From Polyangiaceae bacterium (GTDB lineage: Bacteria; Myxococcota_A; Polyangia; Polyangiales; Polyangiaceae), in NCBI GenBank assembly GCA_965222375.1, contig CBDCTZ010000016.1, positions 1,600,001 through 1,664,000 on the forward strand: DNA of 64,000 nt, written 5' to 3'. The notes beneath the pieces are model-generated. The model was not told where the DNA came from. It ran no database searches and was given only the letters and a program-made list of their open reading frames with translations. Made by a program: the position numbers and the translations under genes. This document shows, one piece after another, positions 18,703 to 28,422 of this stretch (position 1 is its first letter; every line of letters starts with the position of its first letter).

Positions 18703-19728
18703 TCAGTCTTCCGTCGTACTGCCGCCGATACCGAGCGTGACGCCCGCGTAGATGACGTCGGCATTCCGGATTGCCGAGCCGCCGCGTAGCTGGACTTCGC
18801 CGCGAGCGTAGCGGCCGTCCGCGCACAGCGCGACGGGCACCTCCGGGGACTCGAGTTCGCCACTGAGGCACAGCATGCCCTCGACGAGATCGACCGGGGA
18901 ACTCGGTTCGTCCTTCTGTCCGTCGATACGAACCCAGCTTGCACCCAGCTCGAAGTGTTCCCGCCCGTAGTTCAAGAATGCGCCGTAGACGATGGAAGAG
19001 CCCAGAGCGCGGCGGAAGCCCCCAGCGTTGTGACGACCCGCAACGCCCGCACCCGCGCGCGCGCCAAGCTCGAAGCCGTGCTCCGAGTTCATGTGCTGGT
19101 AGCCCAACTGCGCGTCCGGCAGCATGATCAACGATTGGTAGAAGACATCGTTGCCCAGCATCTCCCCGCGCGCACCCGCGCGCAGGAACGCACCATGGCG
19201 GCCGGACAAGTAGGCCTGCAACCCGAAGGCGGCTTCCCCACGGAGCTGGCCCTCGAACCCGCCAGTGCCACCGCCGATGTCGCCGGCAGCGAACGCACGG
19301 TAGGAAAGCGCGTCTGAAGAGCCGAAGATCAGGCTGCGGTTGGCCAACAGAAAGCCGATCCCCGAATCGCTTTCGTCGCCGACAGAAGCGCGACTCAATG
19401 CGCCCCGAAGGGTGATCAACTCGAAGCCATGCATCCCGCCGCGATCTCCGTAGTCGTCGTCGTCCTCGTCGTAGGGCACTTCAGGGTCGCCTTCCACGAT
19501 CGTCTCTTCGTCGTCTTCCGTCGGCTCCGGCGTCGTGGCGTTCGGCGGGGGACCGTCGGTTGGGGGCGCTCCCGTGGGGTCGGCGGGCTCTCCTGTTGCG
19601 AGTTCGAGGGGCGCCCTGTCTGCGGGCTGAGGAGCTGGCGGTGGAGGTTCCGGCTGACCCTGTGCGTGCGCTTGCGCCACACCGAGAAACAGAACGAGGA
19701 ATGTGGAGAGCGTTGTTGCGAGGCGCAT
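18703..19728 (-). CDS. Secreted/outer-membrane hypothetical protein
   Basis: Signal peptide ending AHA, Pro/acidic linker, then alternating beta-strands suggestive of a barrel. Confidence 0.7.
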   Translation of the reverse strand: MRLATTLSTFLVLFLGVAQAHAQGQPEPPPPAPQPADRAPLELATGEPADPTGAPPTDGPPPNATTPEPTEDDEETIVEGDPEVPYDEDDDDYGDRGGMHGFELITLRGALSRASVGDESDSGIGFLLANRSLIFGSSDALSYRAFAAGDIGGGTGGFEGQLRGEAAFGLQAYLSGRHGAFLRAGARGEMLGNDVFYQSLIMLPDAQLGYQHMNSEHGFELGARAGAGVAGRHNAGGFRRALGSSIVYGAFLNYGREHFELGASWVRIDGQKDEPSSPVDLVEGMLCLSGELESPEVPVALCADGRYARGEVQLRGGSAIRNADVIYAGVTLGIGGSTTED

Positions 19729-19907
19729 ATCGTTTCCTACGCCAGCTAGAGCGCGCAGGTCCGGTCGACCTTAGCACCAAGTGGCAACGCAGAGCGCGAA
19801 CAAGTCACGTGACTGTGAGCGAGTCCGTCGCGCTTTGCCACCCCCACGTGCGCTCCGCTCCGGCCCCGTGAGTTGACGCGTAGCGAGCCACTAACTACGC
19901 CGTCGAC

Positions 19908-20165
19908 ATGGCGACGATTGTTCTCCACCGTGTTCTCCAAAAGCGCTACATTCTCCTTGGCACCGGTTACGCGGCCGCTGCAAGCGAAATTGCGCCACCC
20001 GATTGGTATCAAGCACAGTCGGTCAGAAAGCGAGAAAGATTTGGAGGGGTCTGTCTGTGTGATGAAGAAGGCAGACTTCACTGGGCTCGCGACGAAGACG
20101 TCGAAGTTGTTACGGTGGACAGCCGCTCGCCGAAGTCGCTGCTCGATCCCGAAACGTACCGCTGA
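19908..20165 (+). CDS. Small hypothetical protein
   Basis: 85-aa globular-looking ORF (MATIV.H..RYILLGTG..VCLCD..G) fills the gap and converges on the DUF1501 gene. Confidence 0.6.
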   Translation: MATIVLHRVLQKRYILLGTGYAAAASEIAPPDWYQAQSVRKRERFGGVCLCDEEGRLHWARDEDVEVVTVDSRSPKSLLDPETYR

Positions 20166-20199
20166 CCGAGCCAACGCGTGCCGTTCGGGCTCGCGCCCG

Positions 20200-21405
20200 C
20201 TAGCGTAGCAGCCCCAGTTCGCCCTTCGCGGAGTAGTCGCCGATAGCGCCCCGCACATTCGAAAGTCCGAGCTGCTTCTTCAACACTTCTGTGAAGACGT
20301 CGCGGAAGTCCGTCGTGACCGCCAAATCCCGTCCCTGGTAGCGCTGCTCCGGCGCGAGACCGGGCCACCGCCCATGCACCTTCTTGCCATTGACGTTGCC
20401 GCCCATGGCGATCATCACGCTACCGTGGCCATGGTCCGTACCGGCGGTGCCATTTTCTTTCACGGTGCGGCCGAACTCCGTCATGACCAACACCAAGGTG
20501 TGCTCCATACGGTCGCCGATGTCTTCGCGGAAAGCCGCGAGCCCGCGGCCCAGGTGATCCAGGTTCCGCCGCAGTCGGCCGGCTTGGCCTTGGTGGGTGT
20601 CCCAACCGCCAGCGTCGACCCAAGCGACCTCCAAGCCAACGTCGGCGCGTATCAACTGGGCGACGTCTGACAGGCCTCGGGCTTGCGCCGGATACTGCGC
20701 CTCGCCCTTCTCGGTCTCCAAGGCGCGCAGCCGCTTGGCGACGGCAAGGGCGCTGTGACCGGCCCGCGCAACACCGTCCGACTCCAACGCATACAGCTTC
20801 TCGAAGGCCGACTCGAGTCGACCCCGCACTCTGCGTGGAGCCTGCAGACCCACTTGGTCCAGGCGACGCGCGGCGACGACGTTCGGCGCGCCCCGCAGCG
20901 CGAGCGGCGTGGTCTTCGCCAGGGCGACATGGCTCAGGTTCGATGCGGGCGCAGCACGCCCCGCCTGGGCTCGAGCTAGCCAGCCGCCCCTCGAGTTCCG
21001 GTCGAAGCCACCCCACTCGAAGTGATCTTGGGCCTCGAAGTGGGAACGCGTCGGATGAGGTGAGCCTACGGCGTGCACGAAGGCGAGCTGCCCCGCCTGC
21101 CAAGCCGGCATCAGCGGTGCCAGAGCGGGGTGCAGGCCAAATTGGTCGTCGAGCTTGCGGGCAGACTTGTCGCCCTTGCCCGGCGCCGGGATCGCGGTCT
21201 GTTTGCGCGCCGCATAGTAGGCGTCTTCGGCGTAGGGCACGACGGCACTGAGTCCGTCCATGCCGCCGCGCAAGAACACGCACACGAGTGTCTTCTTGGT
21301 GCTACCGCCCGGGGCCGCAAAGGCCATGCGCGGCGCCAGCAGCGCTGCGGGCGCAAGACCGGCGGCGAATAGGAGATGGCGTCGCGACATACGGAACTGA
21401 CTCAT
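20200..21405 (-). CDS. DUF1501 domain protein (Tat signal)
   Basis: SRRHLL Tat motif, FLRGGMDGL, RSHFEAQ, GWDTH, TEFGRT and GTDHG. Confidence 0.93.
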   Translation of the reverse strand: MSQFRMSRRHLLFAAGLAPAALLAPRMAFAAPGGSTKKTLVCVFLRGGMDGLSAVVPYAEDAYYAARKQTAIPAPGKGDKSARKLDDQFGLHPALAPLMPAWQAGQLAFVHAVGSPHPTRSHFEAQDHFEWGGFDRNSRGGWLARAQAGRAAPASNLSHVALAKTTPLALRGAPNVVAARRLDQVGLQAPRRVRGRLESAFEKLYALESDGVARAGHSALAVAKRLRALETEKGEAQYPAQARGLSDVAQLIRADVGLEVAWVDAGGWDTHQGQAGRLRRNLDHLGRGLAAFREDIGDRMEHTLVLVMTEFGRTVKENGTAGTDHGHGSVMIAMGGNVNGKKVHGRWPGLAPEQRYQGRDLAVTTDFRDVFTEVLKKQLGLSNVRGAIGDYSAKGELGLLR

Positions 21406-21412
21406 GACATCC

Positions 21413-22966
21413 TCACTGACGCTGAAAGTTGGGGCTGCCCAAGAGCAGGGCGAGGGCGAGCGCGCGGCGTTGTTTCGGGGCGTCGACTCGGGACACTTCC
21501 GCGGCAATTGCCGCCCGCGCCTTGTCTGGCAACTGCCCGTCGAATACGAGCTTCTCTGCGCGCTCGCTGACACTTGCCGAGGGCTCGAGGGGCAGCACGC
21601 TCTCTAGGTCGACATCTACGCCAAGCTTGCGACCGGTTGCGAGCGCCGTCGCCAGGCTCATGCGGCCGAGCATCGCGCTACTGCCGAGCCAGGCTTCCTG
21701 CACTTCCGGATGCCCCGTCGGCGCGGATTCCAGCATGGCCGGCTCTCCCAGTCGCCCGAGGATCCGCGCCAATCGCAGCGTGCCGTCGGGTCGTGCATCC
21801 AAGGTACGCAAACTGCTTGCGACTACCTCGAGGGGGCTCTTCAGCTTGCTGTCACGCGAGGCCGCCGCCCAGAACGCTTCGTGCTTCACGATGGCGCGCA
21901 GGAGCTGCTTGATGTCGCCCTGGGATGCCGTGAAGGCTTTGGCGCCCGCTTGCACCACACTCTTGGGCGGTGTGTCCGACACCAAACGCTGACACAGTTT
22001 GTGAGAAAGGTGCTTGGCGGTCGCCGGGTGCAACGCCAGTAGTTCGAGCAGCTTCATTCCCTCCGCCTCGCCCCCGCCGGCCGGGAAATCGACTCCCAGA
22101 ACCCGCTTGGCGTCTTTGTCGTGAGCGCGAGCGCGATACTTGAATGCAAGCTCGCCGTCCCGGGGTCGGCTGACGCTCCATCCCGTCAGTATGCGAGCGA
22201 CATTGACGACGTCTGCCTGGGTGTAGCCGCCGTGAACACCGAGGGTGTGCAACTCCAGCAGCTCTCGAGCGTAGTTCTCGTTCAAGCCTCTGCGGCCGCG
22301 CTTCCTCTTCGCGACGCTGCGCGCGTTGTCCAGGTAGATCAGCATGGCGGGGTGGCGCGCCGTTGCCATCAGTATGTCTTTGAACCGCCCTAAAGCATGG
22401 GGACGGATCGCGCGTTCGACGTAGTCGCCAGCGAAGACCCTCACCGCCCCTTTGCGCGCGAACACGTTGAAGTGATTGGTCCAGAAGTCGACCATCACTT
22501 CCTGGAGCTGGTATTCGGAAAGTACGTGGCGCGTCAGTTTGGCCAGCGCGATCTGTCCCAAATGCTGACGCAAGTTCCTGCCCTTCAGCATCTTGCGCAG
22601 CTGCTTCGGAGACATCGCCATCAGGTCGTCGCCGGTCATTTCGGCGACCAAGTCGTTCGGAGGCAGCAGTGCTGAGCGGTATGGCGCCAGGGCTTGCACG
22701 ACCGCATCCGTGTCCTTGGCTGGCGCGTTCAGCTGGCTCTGGAGCCAGGCGTCGATGCCCTGTGCGGCCAAAGCGGCTGCCTGACCAGGCCTTGGACCAA
22801 AGCTCAGCCGATTCAGCGCGTGTCGTGCGTCCCTCGCGTTGAGGGGCTTGTTGGCGGCTGTCGCTTCAGGCGCCGCCGACTTGGGCGTTTTCTGCGAGTG
22901 GTTGGAGGATTTGGGAGTGCAGGCCTGTGCTGCAAGCAGCGCCGCCGGAAGCCATCGCGCGGTCAT
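21413..22966 (-). CDS. DUF1800 domain protein
   Basis: LNRLSFG, FWTNHFNV, MLIYLDN and NENYARELLELHTLG. Canonical partner of DUF1501. Confidence 0.95.
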   Translation of the reverse strand: MTARWLPAALLAAQACTPKSSNHSQKTPKSAAPEATAANKPLNARDARHALNRLSFGPRPGQAAALAAQGIDAWLQSQLNAPAKDTDAVVQALAPYRSALLPPNDLVAEMTGDDLMAMSPKQLRKMLKGRNLRQHLGQIALAKLTRHVLSEYQLQEVMVDFWTNHFNVFARKGAVRVFAGDYVERAIRPHALGRFKDILMATARHPAMLIYLDNARSVAKRKRGRRGLNENYARELLELHTLGVHGGYTQADVVNVARILTGWSVSRPRDGELAFKYRARAHDKDAKRVLGVDFPAGGGEAEGMKLLELLALHPATAKHLSHKLCQRLVSDTPPKSVVQAGAKAFTASQGDIKQLLRAIVKHEAFWAAASRDSKLKSPLEVVASSLRTLDARPDGTLRLARILGRLGEPAMLESAPTGHPEVQEAWLGSSAMLGRMSLATALATGRKLGVDVDLESVLPLEPSASVSERAEKLVFDGQLPDKARAAIAAEVSRVDAPKQRRALALALLLGSPNFQRQ

Positions 22967-23045
22967 GATGGGGAAAACGCCGGTCGAGGGCCTTGCGTTA
23001 AAGGAAGTTTTTGGAGTGGGCGGGCGTGTGGCCTAGCGTCCGGGC

Positions 23046-23249
23046 ATGGGATGGGCTCGAGGCTGCGCGTTGTTATTGGCCTTGGGCCTGCTGTTGGCTG
23101 CGTGTGGGCCGCCCGTGTCGGCCCGGGACACCCGCTGCTTCAATGCTTGCGCGGAGCAGAAGGACGCCTGCTTGCTGCATGCCTCGACGGCGGCTGCAGT
23201 TCGCGACTGCGACCAGCAGGGAGACGCATGCGGTCGACAATGCCACTGA
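23046..23249 (+). CDS. Small Cys-rich lipoprotein
   Basis: LLLAA-C lipobox, Cys pairs, overlaps the start of the next gene. Confidence 0.65.
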   Translation: MGWARGCALLLALGLLLAACGPPVSARDTRCFNACAEQKDACLLHASTAAAVRDCDQQGDACGRQCH

Positions 23250-23875
23250 AGGCGACTGTCGTTGCCCTCATCGTGCTATTCGCTGCGGCCGTGGGCGGCT
23301 GTGTGCGCCGCTACAAGCCGCCCACGGCGAACCAGCCGCATGCGATCCTCAAGATCCGACGCAGCTACCAGGAGCAGCCGGGCGAGAAGCTCAAGGAACG
23401 TGCGACCCTCAACGAGCACCTAGTGTTCAACTCCGAGGTGGCTTCTCAGCTCGGAGCGGCACCCCGAACGGACGCCGTCCTCGTTCATCCAGAGCTCACT
23501 ACGCTGACCCTCGCCACGTCATTCGGCCACCTCGAGATGCGGCTCGTGCAGGAGAGCTACACCGAGCAGGAGCCCTATCAAGACACGGAGAGCTACAACT
23601 GCGGAGACGTGACGAGCTATCGCACGTGCACTCGCCCGGTCACGCGTTACCGCACCGTCTACAAGACGCGGATGGTCAACAAGGCGGTGTGGGTTTCCGA
23701 TGGCGACTGCTCGACGAAGGTTCGCCTCGCGCCTCGAGTGGGCAAGACCTATTTGGTGCAATACGACTATCGCAAAGGCGGCGTGTGTTCGGCGTCATGC
23801 TTTGAGCAGGTGTCGCAACCCGACGGTTCTTTCAAGAACGCGCAATGCCCCGCGCCGCCGCTGGCAACGCGCTGA
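23240..23875 (+). CDS. Hypothetical lipoprotein
   Basis: AVGG-C lipobox and a beta-rich body. Confidence 0.75.
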   Translation: MPLKATVVALIVLFAAAVGGCVRRYKPPTANQPHAILKIRRSYQEQPGEKLKERATLNEHLVFNSEVASQLGAAPRTDAVLVHPELTTLTLATSFGHLEMRLVQESYTEQEPYQDTESYNCGDVTSYRTCTRPVTRYRTVYKTRMVNKAVWVSDGDCSTKVRLAPRVGKTYLVQYDYRKGGVCSASCFEQVSQPDGSFKNAQCPAPPLATR

Positions 23876-23895
23876 GGTGGACCCATCACAAAAGA

Positions 23896-23934
23896 CCGAG
23901 GGCGCCCGTGAGAGCGCCCTTGGCCGTTTGGTTT
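23896..23934 (+). terminator. Stem-loop, probable terminator
   Basis: CCGAGGGCGC / GCGCCCTTGG stem followed by a T-rich tract, 20 bp after the stop. Confidence 0.5.
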
Positions 23935-23983
23935 GCCGCGCTGCCTCCGCAGCGGGGCATCAAGTTTGTGTGCCGTCCCCAAC

Positions 23984-24020
23984 GACCTACAAACGAATAC
24001 AATGTATTCTAATGTAGGTC
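23984..24020. promoter_or_regulatory. 37-bp AT-rich interrupted palindrome
   Basis: GACCTAC-AAAC-GAATAC-AAT-GTATTC-TAAT-GTAGGTC. Confidence 0.5.
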
Positions 24021-24115
24021 AATGGGCGTACCTGCTTGAAATTACGCAAGAATTCGAGCTACGCTCAACAATTCCATTCCAGCTCCAATCCCCTTGGATC
24101 TCGGCCTGTGTGAGC

Positions 24116-24161
24116 TTGGGTTGGGGTCGGTTCGGGTTGCGTCTGCGGGCCACTACTCCCG
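24116..24161 (+). repeat. Dispersed intergenic repeat, copy E
   Basis: TTGGGTTGGGGTCGG..GCGTCTGCGGGCCACTACTCCCG. Confidence 0.7.
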
Positions 24162-24229
24162 CCCCGGGCCACGGGTGGCGGCTCCCAAGCGCGGGCGCCC
24201 GTTCGGACTGCCCCGTGTAGGCTGGGCGC

Positions 24230-24925
24230 ATGAGCCGTCGTGGCAACGCCGCAAGTCGCTGCGTGCGCTGCCGCATGCACCTGAGCCTGTGCGTGTGCGC
24301 GCTCATCCCCACGCTGACGACTCGGACTCGCCTGGTCCTCGTGATGCACCGCTACGAGGACCGGAAGTCGACCAATACCGGTCGACTTGCCGCGGCCGCG
24401 CTACCGAACAGCCAGATCCTGGTGCGGGGCCGAGAGGGCCAGCCTGTGGACGACGTCGTCTGGGGAGCGGACCGGCAGCCGATGCTGCTTTTCCCACACG
24501 CTGACGCAGTGCCCCTCGCGTCGGAGGTCGAAACCGCGCAAGATGAACGGCCGGTGACTTTGGTCGTGCCCGACGGTAACTGGCGACAGGCGTCGAAAGT
24601 CCGGCGGCGTGTCGTCGGACTAGGCGACGTGCCCTGCGTCTCGCTACCGAGAGGAGAGCCTTCCAGCTACCGTTTGCGTCTGGAGGCCCATCCGTCCGGG
24701 CTTGCTACCCTGGAAGCCATCGCGCGGGCGCTCCGCGTCTTGGAAGGCGAATCCGGGCCAGCCATCGAGGGGGCGTTGCTCGAGCTGTTTCGCGCCATGG
24801 TCGACCGCACGCTATGGTCGCGCGGCGTCATCGATGCCCGCGACGTGGTTGGTGGCGTGCCGTCAGGAGCGCGCCGGGATGTGCCGTACCAGCGCGCCGG
24901 CGCTACTGAGCTCGGTGCAACATGA
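24230..24925 (+). CDS. DTW-domain protein, tRNA-uridine aminocarboxypropyltransferase (TapT/YfiP-like)
   Basis: RC..C....LCVC Zn-finger, STNTGRLA, DGNWRQA and LATLEA. Confidence 0.9.
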   Translation: MSRRGNAASRCVRCRMHLSLCVCALIPTLTTRTRLVLVMHRYEDRKSTNTGRLAAAALPNSQILVRGREGQPVDDVVWGADRQPMLLFPHADAVPLASEVETAQDERPVTLVVPDGNWRQASKVRRRVVGLGDVPCVSLPRGEPSSYRLRLEAHPSGLATLEAIARALRVLEGESGPAIEGALLELFRAMVDRTLWSRGVIDARDVVGGVPSGARRDVPYQRAGATELGAT

Positions 24926-25488
24926 TGTCGTCAGCCTCAGCCGTTGAAGCAGCGCTACGCGCGGCCATCGACTCTCCTCCGCCGCGATCGGACGCGCAGG
25001 TCAAGAACATCACCGCGCCCGGAATGCGGGGCTACTACGTGCTGCTCGCGTTGATCTGGGGGGTTGTCGTGGCGGTAGCGTTACTGGTCGGGTTGACGTC
25101 GAAGCCCGCGGAGGTTGTCAGCAACATCCTGGTGGGCCTGGCCATGGGCGGGACCATTTTCGGGATTCCGACGGCCCTATTCGTCTGGATCAATCGCAGG
25201 AAAATGCGCGCGTGCGCCCGGAGGGGTGAAGCCCGTGAGGCCGGCGTTAGCAGCATTACGATGCGCGGCCGCCCGGGCCGGCAAATCGCAGAAGCCGCCC
25301 TCCAGCTATCTGTTCCCGGGAACCCGACGCCGATTCAGATCTTCGTATCGGGTGTTCCGCAGTCCATCACGCCCGGAACACGCCTGCGGGTGCTCTATGC
25401 GCCTGACGCGCCGGGCATGGCAGCGGTGTTGATCCCAGGTCTCGGCATCTTGGTCGGAAACGTCGTTGGCGGGCGCGCTGGTTCGTGA
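24922..25488 (+). CDS. Two-TM membrane protein
   Basis: Two hydrophobic helices. ATGA overlap with the DTW gene. Confidence 0.7.
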   Translation: MMSSASAVEAALRAAIDSPPPRSDAQVKNITAPGMRGYYVLLALIWGVVVAVALLVGLTSKPAEVVSNILVGLAMGGTIFGIPTALFVWINRRKMRACARRGEAREAGVSSITMRGRPGRQIAEAALQLSVPGNPTPIQIFVSGVPQSITPGTRLRVLYAPDAPGMAAVLIPGLGILVGNVVGGRAGS

Positions 25489-25540
25489 TTCCCAGGCCTA
25501 GGCCCTTCCGTCTTGAAACGGGCGGCGGTAACACCAAGCC

Positions 25541-27730
25541 GTGACGACGACTCACCGGCCCTCCACCGTTCCGCCCGCCGCTAGCGACCTAGGGGCCGCG
25601 GGTGATCCGGTTCTGGCACAGCTGAGCGAGATGGACCGCGCACAGCTCGCAGCGTACCTGGAAGAGGTCACCTATGCCGCGGACACGGTTGTGCTGAGTG
25701 AGGACGACGACGACCGCGCCATGTATTTCGTGCTCGGCGGAAAAGCAACGATATCGCGCCGAGGACTCGCGGTGGGCGATGTGCGGCGCGGCCAGCATTT
25801 TGGCGAGCTAGCATTGGTGGCTGCCCGGCCTCGCGCTGCGACCATCACCGCACGCACGGAGCTGCGGTTGGCCGTGCTGTCCGACAAGAACTATCAGGCC
25901 TTGGTTCGTGAGCGACCCGAAGTCGCGCTGCGCGTAGTGCAGGCTTTGTTCGACGGGGTTGCGGATCGACTCGTGGACATGACTGATAGTGTCAGCGCAT
26001 TGCTCAAGGAGCGCTCCCTGCCGCGTCGTACCAGTGTGGACGTTTTGGTGGCCGGGGTTCGCAAGCGTGTTCGCACCGGAACGTTGGTGGAGGCTGTGTT
26101 GCCCAGCACCATGGGCGACGACATGGTCGTCGCAGCGCTCGTCGATCGCAAGGCTGTGTCTTTGAGCACGCCACTCACCTCCGATGTCGTCGTCGAAGCT
26201 CTGCCACTGAGCCACCTCGAGGGCCAGCGGGTGTATCGCCGCAGCCAAGCGCTTCTCTTGTTCGAGGCTGCGCGCCGTGTAGATCCGGAGTTTGGCCTCT
26301 ACATGAGCAACTCCGTCGGCTTTGCTCAGCGGGTTCGGCTGCTGAACGAAACCGACGATATGTCGAAGCTGGCGCAAGCGCTGGAGCAGCAGCTGGCCCT
26401 ACTGGTACGAGAAAATCGCTCGCTGAGGGAGGAGCTCTGGACCGTCGACGAAGCGCGGTCGTATTTTGCATCGGCGGGGTGGAGCGACGTAGCGAGCCTG
26501 CTCGACACCTGGCGTGAGCCCGCGGTGCCTCTGGTGTCATATGGCAAGGTCTATACCTTGCGCCTGGGGCCCATGCTGTCCCGGACGGAACTCTTGGGCT
26601 CCAACTTGGCAGTGCTGCCGGACGTTGACGGCTTGTTGATGGTCTACGGCAGGGCCTCGGTTGCGAAAAACGGCGACGCCGTGCAGTCCATTCGTCCGAG
26701 TATTTCCGAGGACCAAGTCCGGCAGGCGCGCGACGTGTCGCGGCAGACCCACGCGATGACTCGAGACCAGGACCGCTGGCTCTCTACGTTGGGCATCACG
26801 AGTATTGGTAGCTTCAACCAGGCTTGCATTCGTGGTGACGTTTCTCAGCTCATTCGTGTGAGCGAGGGGTTTCAGGAGAAGAGCATCGGCCGGATCGCTG
26901 ACGAGATCCAAGCGCGTGGCAGCGACGTACGCGTCATCTGCGTCGCGGGGCCTTCTTCGTCTGGCAAGACCACTTTCATTCGGCGTCTAGCCGTGCAGCT
27001 GCAGGTGAACGGCATCAACCCCGTGGGGCTGAGTCTGGACGACTACTATGTGGATCGCGACGACACTCCCCGCGACCAATACGGTGAATTCGACTACGAG
27101 GCCGTGGACGCGCTACGCATCGACTTGCTGCAGGAGCACTTGGCGCAGCTTTTCGCGGGCAAGTCCGTGAGGACGGCACGCTACGACTTTACCCGCGGCG
27201 CAAGCGAGCCCAGCGGCGGGCCGGAGCTCACTCTGGGCCCGCGCAACCTATTGCTCTTGGAGGGGATCCACGGAATCAACCCCCGGCTGCTCTCACACTT
27301 GCCCGAGGCCAGTGTGTTTCGTGTGTTCGCTTGCCCTTTGGCGCAATTGCCTTTTGATCGGCTGTCACGCGTGCACGCCAGTGACGTGCGGCTGCTGAGG
27401 CGCATCGTGCGGGATCGCTACACGCGCGGCGCAACAGCCGCCATGAATCTGGCGCGATGGGCCAGCGTACGGCGTGGAGAACGAAAACACATCTTCCCGT
27501 ACCAGCACTTCGCCGACGCGGTGTTCGACTCCTCTTTGATCTACGAGCTCAGCGTGCTGAAGGTTTTTGCAGAGCGCTATCTGTTGGAAGTGCCCCAAGA
27601 CGACGCTTCTTACGCCACGGCGTTTCGCCTGCTCGGCTTGCTGGACCGTTTCGTCGCGATCTACCCGGATCATGTTCCGCCGACGTCCATACTGCGCGAG
27701 TTCATCGACGACCGCGGGTATACGCACTGA
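25541..27730 (+). CDS. cNMP-binding domain fused to a ThrRS N-terminal-like region and a uridine/nucleoside kinase
   Basis: GQHFGELAL..RPRAAT cNMP motif, VYRRS ThrRS-like segment, AGPSSSGKTT P-loop, LDDYY, LEGIH and RLLRRIVRD. Confidence 0.88.
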   Translation: MTTTHRPSTVPPAASDLGAAGDPVLAQLSEMDRAQLAAYLEEVTYAADTVVLSEDDDDRAMYFVLGGKATISRRGLAVGDVRRGQHFGELALVAARPRAATITARTELRLAVLSDKNYQALVRERPEVALRVVQALFDGVADRLVDMTDSVSALLKERSLPRRTSVDVLVAGVRKRVRTGTLVEAVLPSTMGDDMVVAALVDRKAVSLSTPLTSDVVVEALPLSHLEGQRVYRRSQALLLFEAARRVDPEFGLYMSNSVGFAQRVRLLNETDDMSKLAQALEQQLALLVRENRSLREELWTVDEARSYFASAGWSDVASLLDTWREPAVPLVSYGKVYTLRLGPMLSRTELLGSNLAVLPDVDGLLMVYGRASVAKNGDAVQSIRPSISEDQVRQARDVSRQTHAMTRDQDRWLSTLGITSIGSFNQACIRGDVSQLIRVSEGFQEKSIGRIADEIQARGSDVRVICVAGPSSSGKTTFIRRLAVQLQVNGINPVGLSLDDYYVDRDDTPRDQYGEFDYEAVDALRIDLLQEHLAQLFAGKSVRTARYDFTRGASEPSGGPELTLGPRNLLLLEGIHGINPRLLSHLPEASVFRVFACPLAQLPFDRLSRVHASDVRLLRRIVRDRYTRGATAAMNLARWASVRRGERKHIFPYQHFADAVFDSSLIYELSVLKVFAERYLLEVPQDDASYATAFRLLGLLDRFVAIYPDHVPPTSILREFIDDRGYTH

Positions 27731-27745
27731 GAGTCTCAGTGTGGC

Positions 27746-28348
27746 TCAATCGTAGGTCAGCTGGTACACAGCCCGGGTGTCCGATGTCGACGCGAGCTGG
27801 CACTGGACGTTCCTACCGCCGACGATTCGAACCATAGCGCGCCACAGCGCAGTGTTGGCCGCGAGGTTGAGACCAAGATGAAGCCGAGGCGGGAAACTGA
27901 GGGTTATCTCGGCCTCCCCGTCACCGATGTCGATATCGAAATCCGTGCCGCGTTGAAACAGGCCGTGAGCCCGCGCGCCGGCCTTTAGCAAGATCCGTGG
28001 CCCCGGAACGCGCAGCAGCGCGCGATACAGAGGATTCTTGGCCATGGCCATGGAGCGGTCGTAGGTCCAGCGCACAACCGCTTCCTCGGTCGTGTAGTGC
28101 CGGTCGCAGACCGCGAAGAAAACGGCGTCAGCGTGCACGGCAGGGATCCAGACACCGGCAGGCTGGGGCGAATGAATCAGTGCCCGCACTGGCGCCGGCA
28201 ATCCCTCCTGCAAGTCGGTCGCGTCGTGCCCCTCCACTGCCGAGTTGGCCAAGCTCGCCTTGGACTCGCAGTCTGCGTACGATTCGAGGCCAGCCGGGAG
28301 TCCGTCGAGATACTCGGCCAGAAGCGGGTAACGGGTCTTGTCGAGCAT
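27746..28348 (-). CDS. Hypothetical protein (myxobacterial DUF2378-like)
   Basis: 200-aa ORF; YL..LP.GL.SY..C..K and W.PAV pattern. Family call is tentative. Confidence 0.6.
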   Translation of the reverse strand: MLDKTRYPLLAEYLDGLPAGLESYADCESKASLANSAVEGHDATDLQEGLPAPVRALIHSPQPAGVWIPAVHADAVFFAVCDRHYTTEEAVVRWTYDRSMAMAKNPLYRALLRVPGPRILLKAGARAHGLFQRGTDFDIDIGDGEAEITLSFPPRLHLGLNLAANTALWRAMVRIVGGRNVQCQLASTSDTRAVYQLTYD

Positions 28349-28422
28349 CTGGCTTCGAACTTCAGGATAGCGCGAAGCTCGGCTCAGGCGCGAGGCTTGC
28401 GCATCGACCTCGTGGAATTCGC

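Noticed and set aside
20200..22966. DUF1800-DUF1501 pair as a novel system
   Set aside because: Function is unknown, but the pairing is widespread and already well recognised.
23984..24020. dif site or integron attC
   Set aside because: The arms fit the dif consensus poorly, there are no RYYYAAC/GTTRRRY ends, and there is no integrase.
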